Positions 32,543 through 42,922 of a stretch of 64,000 bases of DNA are shown here, one piece after another. Position numbers and translations under genes: made by a program. Every line of letters starts with the position of its first letter. Position 1 is the first letter of the stretch. Source of the stretch: an uncultured Sphaerobacteraceae bacterium (lineage in GTDB: Bacteria; Chloroflexota; Chloroflexia; Thermomicrobiales; UBA6265); NCBI GenBank assembly GCA_964371945.1, contig CAYJPA010000021.1, positions 4,924-68,923 of the forward strand, given 5' to 3'. The notes beneath the pieces were generated by a model. The model was not told where the DNA came from. It made no database searches and saw only the letters and a list, made by a program, of their open reading frames with translations.

Positions 32543-33535
32543 TCAGCGCTTGGGAACCGCTTCCCCTGATGCGACCTTTTTGCCCCAAATAGCAGAACCG
32601 ATGACGCCTGCCTCATAGCCGAGCGCCGCGGGTTTGAAGACGATCCGATCGATATCAGTGAGGTGAGTGTGAGCGCGAGCGGTGCTTTCAATCGATTTCC
32701 AGAAGATGCCGTCTTCTTTGCAGTTTCCGCCGCCCAGGATGACAACTTCCGGTGCAATCGCCGCGATCGCGTTTGAAACCGCGAGTCCGAGATAGTAACC
32801 GGCGTTCTCCAGCACTTCGATCGCGACCGCGTCGCCCTTGGCAGCCGCGTCTTCGACGATGCCGACCGACATCCGGTTCAAATCGTTATGGATCATGTCA
32901 TGCAAGATGGTTGTGGCTTTCTGTGAAATGCGACGATTCGCTTCCCCGATGATCGCGGGGCCCGTGGCGAACGACTCCGCGCAGCCGCGATTGCCGCATC
33001 CGCAGCGCGGCCCTTGCGGATCGACCACCATGTGGCCGAGCTCGCCGGCGGCGCCACCCAGTCCGAAATGCACCTTTCCGTGGGTGATGACGCCTCCGCC
33101 AATCCCGGTGCCCACCGCGTAGCAGAGCGCGGTCTCGTGGCCTTTGGCGGAGCCAAGCTCCAACTCGCCGACCGTGAATGCGCGGACGTCATTGATCAAT
33201 GAGGTCTTCAATCCGGTTGCATCGCTGATCCTAGGGCCGACGGGCACATTGGCCCAGGTTCCGGGCAGATTCGGGAGGAAGAAGGTCTCACCGTCAACCA
33301 TGTCCAGAATGCCCGGCACGGCAACGCCGACCGAGGCAATCGCGCCCGAACCGCCGGCCACGCCCTCCAACTTCTGGATGCCGGCAATCATGCGGTCGAT
33401 CACGGCGTCGTGGCCCTCGCTGCCAGCTGTGGCCACCGTCAGACGTTCGACAACGGCCAAGGAACCATCGAGCAGGGCGAACTTGACGTTGGTGCCACCT
33501 AGATCGACACCGATATGAAAAGCTTCACTAGCCAC
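32543..33535 (-). CDS. ROK-family sugar kinase
   Basis: GTG 33535 has GGAGG 8 nt upstream. Contains GVDLGGTN and the ROK Zn motif CGCGNRGCAE. Confidence 0.85.
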   Translation of the reverse strand: MASEAFHIGVDLGGTNVKFALLDGSLAVVERLTVATAGSEGHDAVIDRMIAGIQKLEGVAGGSGAIASVGVAVPGILDMVDGETFFLPNLPGTWANVPVGPRISDATGLKTSLINDVRAFTVGELELGSAKGHETALCYAVGTGIGGGVITHGKVHFGLGGAAGELGHMVVDPQGPRCGCGNRGCAESFATGPAIIGEANRRISQKATTILHDMIHNDLNRMSVGIVEDAAAKGDAVAIEVLENAGYYLGLAVSNAIAAIAPEVVILGGGNCKEDGIFWKSIESTARAHTHLTDIDRIVFKPAALGYEAGVIGSAIWGKKVASGEAVPKR

Positions 33536-33647
33536 GCTGTCCGCCTCCGCCCACAAGATCAACGCATTGAATCGAATTGTTCGCGCAACGCGGCAGCCAC
33601 CGCGCTTCCGCATTGTAGGCGCGCCCGTGCCCGTTTGCCGGTGAGCG

Positions 33648-34559
33648 CTAAACGATCAACGGTTTCAGCACATTGTGGGTGAGGTAGAAGCCCCGCTGGA
33701 CGAGATCTTCCGTCTTCTCGAAGGCTCGATCCTCATGCTCAACACTTACGACGTCGTCGTAACCAATTGCGTACAAGGCTGCAATAAACTCATTCCAGCG
33801 CACCGCGCCGAGACCGGGCAGCCGGGGAATCGCCCAGCGAAAACCGCACCCAAGCGTTCCGTCTTGGTAAAGCATTTCACGGTTGATCTCCATGTCTTTG
33901 GCATGAACGTGGAAGATTCGATCCTTGAATTCGTAGATCGGGCGGATCTCGTCGATGAACTGCCAGATGAGGTGAGACGGGTCCAGGTTCAGCCCGAAAT
34001 TGTCGTCCGGGATGATCTCGAACATCCGTCGCCAGATCGCGGGTGAATATGCGAGGTTGGTTCCGCCCGGCCAGGATTGCTCCCAGACCATCGGGCAGTT
34101 TTCGATCGCAATTTTGATCCCCCGCTCGCGCGCATACGCGATCAGCGGGGGCCAAACTGAGGCAAACGTTTCGAGGTTTTGGTGGGCGCTTTTTGTTTGA
34201 TCGGCGCCGGCAAAGGTGCCGACGATCGGCACCTCGAGCAACACCGCCGCGTCGATCACCTTTTTGAGATGGGCAATCGAGGCAGAGCTCTGGGCCTCAT
34301 CTGGATCGAGAATGTTCGGGTAGTAGGCCAGCGAAGAGATATCGAGTCCGAGTCCGCCCAGCGTCTTTCGAATCTCCCTGGCGTCCTTTTTCTTGAGTTT
34401 GACCACATCGATATGACTGACCCCGGCATATCGACGTTCTGCCTTTCCCGCGGGCCAGCAGGCGATTTCGAGCATTTCGTATCCGGTAGCCGCCGCCCAG
34501 GTCGCCAGATCCGTGAGATTCATTCCAGGTAGCGCGGCAGTCAAAAGTCCGAGTTTCAT
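33648..34559 (-). CDS. Sugar phosphate isomerase/epimerase (xylose-isomerase-like TIM barrel)
   Basis: 303 aa with ribosome-binding site AAGGAAGGA. Family pattern of conserved H/D/E residues (HVHAKD, VEHED). Confidence 0.7.
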   Translation of the reverse strand: MKLGLLTAALPGMNLTDLATWAAATGYEMLEIACWPAGKAERRYAGVSHIDVVKLKKKDAREIRKTLGGLGLDISSLAYYPNILDPDEAQSSASIAHLKKVIDAAVLLEVPIVGTFAGADQTKSAHQNLETFASVWPPLIAYARERGIKIAIENCPMVWEQSWPGGTNLAYSPAIWRRMFEIIPDDNFGLNLDPSHLIWQFIDEIRPIYEFKDRIFHVHAKDMEINREMLYQDGTLGCGFRWAIPRLPGLGAVRWNEFIAALYAIGYDDVVSVEHEDRAFEKTEDLVQRGFYLTHNVLKPLIV

Positions 34560-34583
34560 CGTCCAGTCCTTCCTTGATCGTTC

Positions 34584-35735
34584 CTAATCGACGCTGACCC
34601 AGCGCCGCTCGCCGGCGCTCTGCTTGATCGCATCCCCGAGCTTCAGAGCGTAGACGCCGTCCGCGAAGGTCGGATAGTCAGCTCGGGCGGGTGGACCTCC
34701 TGCTTCGATCGCGCGATCGACACGCATGTAGAGTTGTTTGAAGGTGCTCCGAAACCCTTCGGCATGTTCACCTGGCGCTTCGGCCGTGGACCTCCCGCCC
34801 GGAGTCATAAGCGACGGATCCTTCAATAGCATTTCGTTCGCGCGATCGCGGTGACCTATCCAAAGCTCGTCGACTCGTTCGGAGCTCCATGCCAGCGTGG
34901 ACTTGGCTCCGCAAATCTCGAACGCGTTGTAGTTCTTGCGTCCGGCGTTGACCTGAGAAACTGTCAATGCGCCGCGAGCGCCGCCGTCGAATCGCGGCAG
35001 GATGCTTGCGTAATCCTCGGTCTTGATCGTCACGAGCTCGTAGTCCTCAGGATTCAGTTCCTTGCCGGCAAAGGTTGCCAGCGGCCTGGTTGGCTTTTTC
35101 CGGATCGGAACGAAGGTGGCGAAGTCCGCGCAAACTTCGCTCACATTCTGACCGGTGATGAATCGCGTCAGCTCGAGCCAGTGCGATCCGATGTCCGCCA
35201 CCGCTCGCATATCGCCGCCGGGCAACGGATCGAGCCACCAGTTCCAGTCGGTCTCTTTGAGCAGCCAGTCTTGTACGTAACACCCGTAAATCTGAGTAAT
35301 TTCGCCGGTTTCTCCGCTCCGGACTCGTTCACGCGACACCTTGCAGCGCGGGTAGAACCGGAAGTTGAACTTCGTGGCATGGACGATTCCTGCCTGTTCA
35401 GCGAGCGCCAGAAGCTCTTCGCCCTCGGCGGTACTCATTGCCGGTGGCTTTTCACCGATCGCGTGCTTTCCGGCGGCGCCCGCCTCTTTGACCATCGGCG
35501 CATGGAGGCAGTTCAGGGTTGTGATGTGAACCGCGCTGAGCCCCGGTTCGGACAACAACTCATCGAGCGAGCCGTAGGCTTTGGGGAGCCGCATTTCGGC
35601 GACATGGCGTTTCCCGCTATCGAGGCTTGATCCAAGAATTCCGGTCACCTCGATCCCCAAGCGCCTCAGTCCCTCAACATGGACGGGTCCGATAAACCCA
35701 GAGCCAACTACGGCAGCCTTCAACGATTGGGCCAT
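34584..35735 (-). CDS. Gfo/Idh/MocA-family NAD(P)-dependent oxidoreductase
   Basis: ATG 35735 has GGTGAGGGT upstream. N-terminal Rossmann motif [14 protein letters not shown], and the EKP motif (IGEKPPA). Confidence 0.8.
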   Translation of the reverse strand: MAQSLKAAVVGSGFIGPVHVEGLRRLGIEVTGILGSSLDSGKRHVAEMRLPKAYGSLDELLSEPGLSAVHITTLNCLHAPMVKEAGAAGKHAIGEKPPAMSTAEGEELLALAEQAGIVHATKFNFRFYPRCKVSRERVRSGETGEITQIYGCYVQDWLLKETDWNWWLDPLPGGDMRAVADIGSHWLELTRFITGQNVSEVCADFATFVPIRKKPTRPLATFAGKELNPEDYELVTIKTEDYASILPRFDGGARGALTVSQVNAGRKNYNAFEICGAKSTLAWSSERVDELWIGHRDRANEMLLKDPSLMTPGGRSTAEAPGEHAEGFRSTFKQLYMRVDRAIEAGGPPARADYPTFADGVYALKLGDAIKQSAGERRWVSVD

Positions 35736-36100
35736 GCTTATACCCTCACCCAAAGCTCGAACTCCAGCTTGCGGTCAACTCGCTGTTCGCCGCGATTTGT
35801 CGATGGCTTCTCGTTTCGTTTGCTGAACCGATGTGCCGATGGATTGTAGTATCCGCCGGTTCGACACGCGAAGAGGCTTCAACTGCCAACATTGACGCTG
35901 ACGAATCGAGCAGTGCGAAGGCCGAAACTCGTTCTACATGACGTTCAATGTGTTCGTCACACGGACAAGCATGAGCCCGGATAGAATGAATTCACGAGGG
36001 TCAAAGAGAGTCGACAACGCTCTCTTGGAACGGGCGCCTTGCAATGTACAACGAACGCCGCGACTTACTCGTGGTCGTACCCTAACCTAGGAGTGACAAA

Positions 36101-37717
36101 TTGCCTGAACAGCTGGAGAGCGGGCACAACCAGCGCATGATCGTTGCCTATGAAGCGGCCTTGGCCGTGGCGTCCGAGGTCGCCCCGGAGGCCGTACTCC
36201 AACGAATCGTCGATGTGGCGAGGATGGTCGGTTCGGCCCGCTACGCTGCCCTCGGGGTCGCGGATGACGACGGACGCCCCCTGCAGTTCATCACGTCAGG
36301 ATTGACTGAAGAGCAACGAGCGAAGATCGGAGCGCCGCCGGAGGGGCGCGGGCTCCTGGGCGAGCTGATACGAGGGCGGAAACCGATCATGGTCGATGAC
36401 ATTTCCGCGGACCCCCGATTCGTCGGATTCCCGCCCAACCACCCGCCGATGACATCTTTCCTCGGAGTTCCGATTCTCTTTGGCAACCGGGTGCTCGGTA
36501 ATCTCTATCTCACCGATCGCGCCGGCGGCCAGCCATTCAACGAGCAAGACCTGGAGGCGGTTCAAATCCTGGCGGCACACGCCGCCGCCGCGATCGACCG
36601 CTCGTTCCTTTACGGAAAGTTGCGGGAGCAGCGCGATCGATTGCGATCGATCCTTGACAGTCTTCCGGCCGGCGTCATGATCCTGTCGGGACCAGACTCC
36701 GCGATTCAATTTGCGAACGCGGCATTCGTGAGGATCGTGTTGGGTTCATCTGCGCTCCCCGGTGTACTTCCGACATACGGTCGGGACTTTGCCTTTCAGA
36801 GAGCCGATGGGCTGCCCTTAGCGAATGAGGACCGGCCGGGGGTTCGAGCGCTCAGAGGGGAGTCGGTTTTCAACCTTCAGTTGCTGCTCACTCGCTCCGA
36901 CGGCACGTCTCTACCGGTTTCCGTTCAGGCCGCGCCGTTGCGAGATGATTTGAGCGCCACCATGGATTCCGTGCTGGTGGTCCAGGACGTGACCCAGTTG
37001 CGTCAGGCCGAACAGCTCAAGGACGACTTCCTCTCGCTCATTTCCCACGAGTTCCGCACGCCGCTGACCGCGATTCATGGGGGTGCCCACCTGCTTGCCG
37101 ATGCTGAGGCATCGCTGGACGCCAAGACACGGCGCGATCTGTTAGGCGATGTGGTCGCCGAGAGCAATCGTCTTGACCAAATGTTGAAGAATTTGTTGCT
37201 GCTGTCATCCGTGATGGCCGGCCGGTTATCGGTCGAGACCGAACCGGTGCTGCTCGCGCCTCTTGCCAAAGGGGTCGCAAACGAAGTGGCCGCACGCTCG
37301 CCTGGGCACCAGTTCATGGTCGATGTTCCGAAGGAGACGCCCGCGGTCGAAGGCGATCCGTCATTGCTCGAGCAGGTGCTGCGAAATCTCTACGAAAATG
37401 CCGTAAAGTACTCCCCGAATGGTGGAGTCATCCGGACAGCCACTGAGCAGGTGAACAACCGCGTAGTGTTGTCGATCACCGATCAGGGACTCGGAATCGC
37501 CGAAGAGCACATTCCGAATGTTTTCTTGCGCTTCCACCGGGCAGGAGCCGATCCGACGGTGCGAGGCATGGGGCTCGGGCTTTATCTGAGCCGGTTTCTG
37601 ATCGTGGCCCAGGGTGGAGAAATCATGGTTAGTTCACCGGGTCCCGGAAAGGGCTCGACGTTTTCGATTGCCTTGCCCGTCGCTCGTGGTTGGGACACCG
37701 ACTACCTCACACCTTGA
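36101..37717 (+). CDS. Cytoplasmic GAF-PAS sensor histidine kinase
   Basis: TTG start 7 nt after AGGAG. H-box SLISHEFRTPLTAI, N-box LRNLYENAVKYS, G-boxes DQGLGI and GMGLGL. No TM segment is evident. Confidence 0.88.
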   Translation: MPEQLESGHNQRMIVAYEAALAVASEVAPEAVLQRIVDVARMVGSARYAALGVADDDGRPLQFITSGLTEEQRAKIGAPPEGRGLLGELIRGRKPIMVDDISADPRFVGFPPNHPPMTSFLGVPILFGNRVLGNLYLTDRAGGQPFNEQDLEAVQILAAHAAAAIDRSFLYGKLREQRDRLRSILDSLPAGVMILSGPDSAIQFANAAFVRIVLGSSALPGVLPTYGRDFAFQRADGLPLANEDRPGVRALRGESVFNLQLLLTRSDGTSLPVSVQAAPLRDDLSATMDSVLVVQDVTQLRQAEQLKDDFLSLISHEFRTPLTAIHGGAHLLADAEASLDAKTRRDLLGDVVAESNRLDQMLKNLLLLSSVMAGRLSVETEPVLLAPLAKGVANEVAARSPGHQFMVDVPKETPAVEGDPSLLEQVLRNLYENAVKYSPNGGVIRTATEQVNNRVVLSITDQGLGIAEEHIPNVFLRFHRAGADPTVRGMGLGLYLSRFLIVAQGGEIMVSSPGPGKGSTFSIALPVARGWDTDYLTP

Positions 37718-37724
37718 CGTCAGA

Positions 37725-38201
37725 TCAATCGTCCCGGCGCTCATAACGTCCCGTCCGTTCGTCGATCGAGATCCGGAAGAGGACGATCCGTTCGTTGAAG
37801 CCGTCAGAGATGGTCCGGAGCACTGGACTCTCACCATGCCGTGTCAGCAGATGAAGAGCTCGCTCTCGGTCAGCACCGTTTGTCAACTCTTCGAAGTGCC
37901 CTTCGATAATTACGGATTCCCAGTTCGCCGATCCCTCGATTTCGTCGATCTCGAAACAGACCAACGGCTGCTCGCGCATCACGGCGATCTTGCGGCCGTT
38001 CGACGAATATGCATAAATGTACGATCCATCAAAGACGTAGTTGATTGGAACCACGTACGGCCGGTCGTTTGTGGAGCACGCCAACCGGCCGACGCGATTG
38101 CGCCGGAGCATTGTGTCCATCTCTTCGTTCGATAACAGACCGATCATTTCTTCCCGCCTGTTTGACTCAAACCGCGGTACAAGACGGGTAGCCTCTTCCA
38201 C
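37725..38201 (-). CDS. Pyridoxamine 5'-phosphate oxidase-like FMN-binding protein
   Basis: 158 aa. The split-barrel family pattern is seen in LSNEEMDTMLRRNRVGRLACSTNDRPYVVPINYVFDGSYIYAYS. An internal ATG start is possible. Confidence 0.6.
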   Translation of the reverse strand: MEEATRLVPRFESNRREEMIGLLSNEEMDTMLRRNRVGRLACSTNDRPYVVPINYVFDGSYIYAYSSNGRKIAVMREQPLVCFEIDEIEGSANWESVIIEGHFEELTNGADRERALHLLTRHGESPVLRTISDGFNERIVLFRISIDERTGRYERRDD

Positions 38202-38312
38202 TGAGCGAAATGTGCTCGATTGATAGCTTCAGAGTGAGTTAAGGGCGGTTACGAATGAGCGACAAGCGCACGAACTGCGTTGCAAAAACATTGCAGAATT
38301 CGGCTGGCCGGC

Positions 38313-39632
38313 TCAGCGAAACATCGCCGGCACGGAGTAGTGACGATTCTTGACCGCCGCGCTGAGCTCGGCGCGCGCATCAGGGTGTGCGATCGACATC
38401 AACAACTCAGCGCGCCGGCGGATGCTTTCGCCTGACAGATTGACGACACCGTACTCCGTCACGACGTATTCCACGTGGCCTCGGGTCGTGACGACTCCTG
38501 CCTCAGGTTTGATGGACGGGACGATCCGAGACAGGCCGCCTTTGGCGCATGACGGGAGGGCAATGATCGCTTTGCCGCCGGCTGCCAGTCGCGCCCCGCG
38601 CATGAAGTCCATCTGCCCGCCGATCCCGCTGTAGATACGTCCACCGATCGAGTCGGCGACGACTTGCCCTGTTATGTCGATCTCAATCGCGGAATTGATC
38701 GCCATCATCTTCGGATTTCGCCGGATCTCACGAGTGTCATTGACGATATCTGAAGAGTGAAACTCCACAAACGGATTGCCGTCGATGAAGTCATAGAGTC
38801 GCTGACTTCCCAACGCGAACGACGTGACAACCCTACCGCGCCATGTGTGTTTGCAGCGATTGGTGATGACGCCTGCTTCCGCGAGCGCGAGCAATCCATC
38901 AGAAAGCATTTCGGTGTGAACACCGAGATCCTTGCGATCGAACAGGCAGGAGAGGACGGCGTCCGGAATCGCGCCGATCCCCATTTGAAGGGTGGCTTCG
39001 TCTGGTACAAGGGTTGCGACATGTTGCCCGATCGCACGCTCGACTTCTTTGATCGGCGATGGCTCAACGGTTGGAAGGGGGCGGTCGACTTCGACCATCG
39101 CGGCAATGCGGCTCACGTGGACAGCCGAGTTGCCCAAAGTGACCGGCACGCGAGGGTTGATCATCGCGATTACGGTCTTTGCATAATCGGCTGCAGCACG
39201 GGCGCATGAAACGGACACGCCGAGGCGGCAGAATCCATGTTTGTCCGGCGGAGAAACCTGTAGCAATGCAACGTCCAACGGCATGCTGCCGCCTGCAAAC
39301 AGCCCCGGAATATCTGACAGGAAGACCGGGGTGTAGTCGGCGCGTCCGTCGTTGACCGCGGTTCGAACGTTGGCTCCGACGAAGAGCGCGTTGTGCCGGA
39401 TGTGTCCCGCGGCGGCGTCCGAGACATGCGGCGCCGGGCCCTCGGTGTGTAAGGAAATCGTCTCAATTCCGGTCAGCTCACCCGCACGCCGAACGAGCGC
39501 TTCGAGAAGCTCGATTGGCGCCATCGCCACTTCGTGGATATAGACCCGATCACCAGATTTGATCAGCCGGACCGCTTCGTCAGCCGACACGATTGGCGGC
39601 CAGACCCGTCGCGCACCTTCTGAAATCGACAT
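38313..39632 (-). CDS. Acetyl-CoA hydrolase/transferase family protein (4-hydroxybutyrate-CoA-transferase-like)
   Basis: 439 aa. Family strings include GIGAIPDAV, TEMLSDG and GIGGQMDFMRGA. Confidence 0.75.
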   Translation of the reverse strand: MSISEGARRVWPPIVSADEAVRLIKSGDRVYIHEVAMAPIELLEALVRRAGELTGIETISLHTEGPAPHVSDAAAGHIRHNALFVGANVRTAVNDGRADYTPVFLSDIPGLFAGGSMPLDVALLQVSPPDKHGFCRLGVSVSCARAAADYAKTVIAMINPRVPVTLGNSAVHVSRIAAMVEVDRPLPTVEPSPIKEVERAIGQHVATLVPDEATLQMGIGAIPDAVLSCLFDRKDLGVHTEMLSDGLLALAEAGVITNRCKHTWRGRVVTSFALGSQRLYDFIDGNPFVEFHSSDIVNDTREIRRNPKMMAINSAIEIDITGQVVADSIGGRIYSGIGGQMDFMRGARLAAGGKAIIALPSCAKGGLSRIVPSIKPEAGVVTTRGHVEYVVTEYGVVNLSGESIRRRAELLMSIAHPDARAELSAAVKNRHYSVPAMFR

Positions 39633-39950
39633 TCGCTGTAGTCCTCAATGTGACGTGCGGGAGATTCGACAGCCAGTCCGCGCTGCCGCTCACCGGATTC
39701 TCAACCCATGTTCCAACAGCCGTCGCAACATCAGCATAGACGCTGCCCGGCTGACTGTTGCAGAAACATCTCAGGAATAGGAGGCCAGACAATGGGCAGT
39801 ATCGTGAAAACTGTCACGAGATTGTCATGCCCATTCGAGATCGCGAAATGTGCCCGAGACGGCAGGAGCTCAATCATTGAGTGGTTAGTTCGATCATGAC
39901 GGCGTGTCAGATCGGAAAAGCGAGGCGATCTCGCCACGGGAGGAAAAACG

Positions 39951-41006
39951 ATGTCCTTGGCTGAAGCTAAAGTCAATCGCCGCAGAATGCTCGGAACGAT
40001 GGGCCTGCTAAGTGCAGGTGCCGCGGTGACAGCGGCAGCGCCGGCTGCCTTCTCCGGTCAAGCCGGACACGTCAGCGCGGCGCCTGTGAACCATGCCGAG
40101 CTGACCTCTTCCGCAGCGATACAGGATTTGACCAATGACGAAATGGACGCTATGCATGAAGCTGGCGTCGCGGCCTTCCCGGCGGCGACCGCCGGTAAAG
40201 GTGGGCAGCCGCTCGAACCAACCATGGACGGCGATGTCAAAGTTTTTGCCATCACCTGTTCGGTGGTGGAATGGGAATACGCGCAGGGGAAGACGGTCGA
40301 GGCATGGACGTACAACGGCACTGTGCCTGGGCCCGAGATCCGCGTGACCGAGGGCGACAAGGTCCGCGTCCTCGTCAAGAACGATCTCCCGCACAGCACC
40401 GCGGTGCACTTTCATGGACTCATTCTGCCGAATGCAATGGACGGGGTTCCGTACATCACCCAGCCGCCGATCAAGCCGGGTGAAGTCTTCGTCTACGAGT
40501 GGCAGATTCGTGAAGGCAACATCGGTTCCCACATGTACCACTCGCACCACAATTCGGCCGAACAGACGACCAAAGGCCTGCTGGGACCGTTTATCGTGGA
40601 GCCCAAAGCTCCTTCGACCCGGCCTGCCTTCGATGTCGAATACACGATGGTGCTGAATGACGGACCGATCGGCGGATACAGCATCAACGGGAAGAGCTTC
40701 CCGGCGACGGAGCCGCTCGTGGTCAAGAAGGGTCAAAAACTGCTCGTCCGGTATATGAACGAGGGCTTGATGATTCACCCGATGCACCTGCACGGGATTC
40801 CTCAACAGGTCATTGCCCGTGACGGGTTCCTCCTGCCAAGTCCGTACTTCTGCGATACCGTCGATGTTAGCCCCGGTCAACGCACGGACGTGCTCATCGA
40901 GGCCACTGAGCTTGGCGTGTGGGCATTCCACTGCCATATCCTCTCTCACGCCGAAGGACCGACCGGAATGTTCGGCATGGTCACGGCGCTGATCGTTCAG
41001 GAATAG
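39951..41006 (+). CDS. Tat-exported small (two-domain-size) multicopper oxidase
   Basis: Ribosome-binding site GGGAGGA. Twin-arginine signal NRRRMLGTMGLLSAGAAV. Copper ligand motifs HFHGL, HSHH, HPMHLHG and HCHILSHAEGPTGMFGM. Only 351 aa. Confidence 0.8.
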   Translation: MSLAEAKVNRRRMLGTMGLLSAGAAVTAAAPAAFSGQAGHVSAAPVNHAELTSSAAIQDLTNDEMDAMHEAGVAAFPAATAGKGGQPLEPTMDGDVKVFAITCSVVEWEYAQGKTVEAWTYNGTVPGPEIRVTEGDKVRVLVKNDLPHSTAVHFHGLILPNAMDGVPYITQPPIKPGEVFVYEWQIREGNIGSHMYHSHHNSAEQTTKGLLGPFIVEPKAPSTRPAFDVEYTMVLNDGPIGGYSINGKSFPATEPLVVKKGQKLLVRYMNEGLMIHPMHLHGIPQQVIARDGFLLPSPYFCDTVDVSPGQRTDVLIEATELGVWAFHCHILSHAEGPTGMFGMVTALIVQE

Positions 41007-41041
41007 TCTTCCGAAACAGGGAACGGGCCATGCAACGCCGG

Positions 41042-42646
41042 TTATTCGCGATCGCGAACAACCGGCGTTATGACGTTAAGCCGCCTCAACACCAGCAGAA
41101 CCGGGTCGATCCACTCCACCTTCGGCCGTCCTGTGTCAATCCGGACGTGGAACGTACCGTCAGGCGCCAGAGGAGGCGATAAGCTAACGTTTTCAATCTG
41201 ATGTCGATACGTATCGATGCTCGCGTCAGATGGTCCCGACGCTTCGTCCCGGCGCTTTTTGATTCGCTCCATTGCAATCTCTTCGGAGCAGAAGGTCTCG
41301 GCCAGGATCAACGGCACGCCAAGCCGCGCGGCAATCGCAGCGGCGGACTGGCGTTGATCGCTCGACAAAAATGCGGCATCCAGAATGCAGGGATCTCCGG
41401 ATCGCAATAGTTGTTCGGCCAGCGAAAAGAGTCGATCATAGGTTCGCGTCGACCAGTCAGGACTGTAGATTCCGCTTTGCCACTCACCCGAACCGGATTC
41501 GGCGCCGCCAGCCAGCCCTTTTCGAACGATGTCCGAAGCGATGACGGTGGCGCCTAGCATGGCGCCGATATCCGCGGCCAAGGTGGATTTGCCGGTTCCA
41601 CTCAGTCCGGTCATCACGATCAATGCTGGGATGATCGTGGTGACGGACCTGGTTGCGAGATCGAGGTAGCGACGCGCTTCATGCGCAAGCGGCTCCAGTC
41701 GCTCGCCGTGGTCCAGCGAGCGGCTCAGGCAATCGACTTTTGCCCTAACCAATGCGCGGTGTGCGCGATAGAAATTGACGAGCGCCGGCGGCAAGTCGAC
41801 TCCACCTGCCCGGTATGCGCGCTCGAGATCGAGCGCGATCCCCCTGCAACCCAGTCGTTCGAGGTCCATCAATAGAAACGCCAGATCGCTCGCGATATCG
41901 GCACACCGAATTGCCGGGCTGAACTCGACGCAGTCGAAGACTTGAATCGTGTCGTCTTCAAGGCATATGTGCTCGCACCTTAGGTCGCCATGACCGTCGC
42001 GCACATATCCATCACGGAGGCGTTCGACAAAGAGTTGACCGCTTGCGGCAATGAACTGCCGCATCGCGTGATCGACGAGACTCAGCTGTTCGGCGGGCAA
42101 CGAGTCTCCCGAAAACGACTGAAGCTCGGAAAGATTGTCCGTGATGATCGCGATGAGACCATCAACGGATCCCGTGGATTCGACAATACATGACGACGCC
42201 GTCGCTTGATGAAACGGAATCAGGCGAGATGCGAGGCGTTGTGCCAGGTTGGGCGGTAACGAACCCCGGTCGATCAGTTTGTCAAGCATCCGCTCAGCCG
42301 GGAGCCGGCGCATTAACGTTGCCCATTCCACGGAGTCGCCGGTTCCATCGACCTCCAAACCCGCTGGGCCGGATGTGATCGGAACGACATCGATGTAGAC
42401 GTCCGCCGTCAACCGCCGGTTGAGCCGAACCTCATCCTCGCAGGAGCGGCGGCGAAGCTCTGGTGTCGAATGGTCCACGAATCCGAACGTGACCGGTTTC
42501 TTGAGCTTGACGACAAAGCTCCCGGCAAGGAAGACCCATGAGACGTGGGTTTCAATCACGTCGATCGCCGCCGGATGCCAGGGGAACGCCTCAGGGCGGC
42601 AAAGCAGAGCCGGAAAGTCGTATGTAGGTCGATCTCGATCAGTCAT
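41042..42646 (-). CDS. Bifunctional phosphotransferase-fold (APH-like) / P-loop kinase-like protein
   Basis: I prefer ATG 42646 (GGAG upstream). The N-terminal half is kinase-like (HGDLRCEHICL, DCVEF). The C-terminal half has the P-loop MTGLSGTGKSTLA. Confidence 0.6.
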   Translation of the reverse strand: MTDRDRPTYDFPALLCRPEAFPWHPAAIDVIETHVSWVFLAGSFVVKLKKPVTFGFVDHSTPELRRRSCEDEVRLNRRLTADVYIDVVPITSGPAGLEVDGTGDSVEWATLMRRLPAERMLDKLIDRGSLPPNLAQRLASRLIPFHQATASSCIVESTGSVDGLIAIITDNLSELQSFSGDSLPAEQLSLVDHAMRQFIAASGQLFVERLRDGYVRDGHGDLRCEHICLEDDTIQVFDCVEFSPAIRCADIASDLAFLLMDLERLGCRGIALDLERAYRAGGVDLPPALVNFYRAHRALVRAKVDCLSRSLDHGERLEPLAHEARRYLDLATRSVTTIIPALIVMTGLSGTGKSTLAADIGAMLGATVIASDIVRKGLAGGAESGSGEWQSGIYSPDWSTRTYDRLFSLAEQLLRSGDPCILDAAFLSSDQRQSAAAIAARLGVPLILAETFCSEEIAMERIKKRRDEASGPSDASIDTYRHQIENVSLSPPLAPDGTFHVRIDTGRPKVEWIDPVLLVLRRLNVITPVVRDRE

Positions 42647-42922
42647 TAGCGAGCTCCAGAACGACAATCAGAGACGCTGGGCCAATTCCATGGACAGTGT
42701 CGCAAGAACCGGGTTGATACGTTTCTGAAACGTTCGCCCGCGGAAGTGCGACGGTTGCAACATCTCAGGCCGCATAGGCTACGTTCTGCGATCATAGGGG
42801 GAACGTGGTCGACAATGGACGTCATGAACAAAGATGCGAAGCCCACGCGCGGTAGACGGTCGCCCGGCGATAATCGCAACAAAGCGATCCAATGTTTGCC
42901 AACGAATGCGGAAGTTGGACTG

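Noticed and set aside
31362-32618. 418-aa plus-strand ORF
   Set aside because: Antisense to the DUF4432-like gene. It has no ribosome-binding site or motifs, and the minus-strand gene fits the operon.
36026-36043. TGGAAC...CTTGCA upstream of the histidine kinase as a sigma-54 promoter
   Set aside because: The GG-to-GC distance is two nucleotides too long for a -24/-12 promoter.
39748-39762. CGGCTGACTGTTGCA upstream of the multicopper oxidase as a sigma-54 promoter
   Set aside because: The GG-to-GC spacing is one nucleotide too short, and the -24 element is a poor match.
40008-40949. 313-aa minus-strand ORF
   Set aside because: Antisense to the multicopper oxidase, which has all copper-ligand motifs and a Tat signal.
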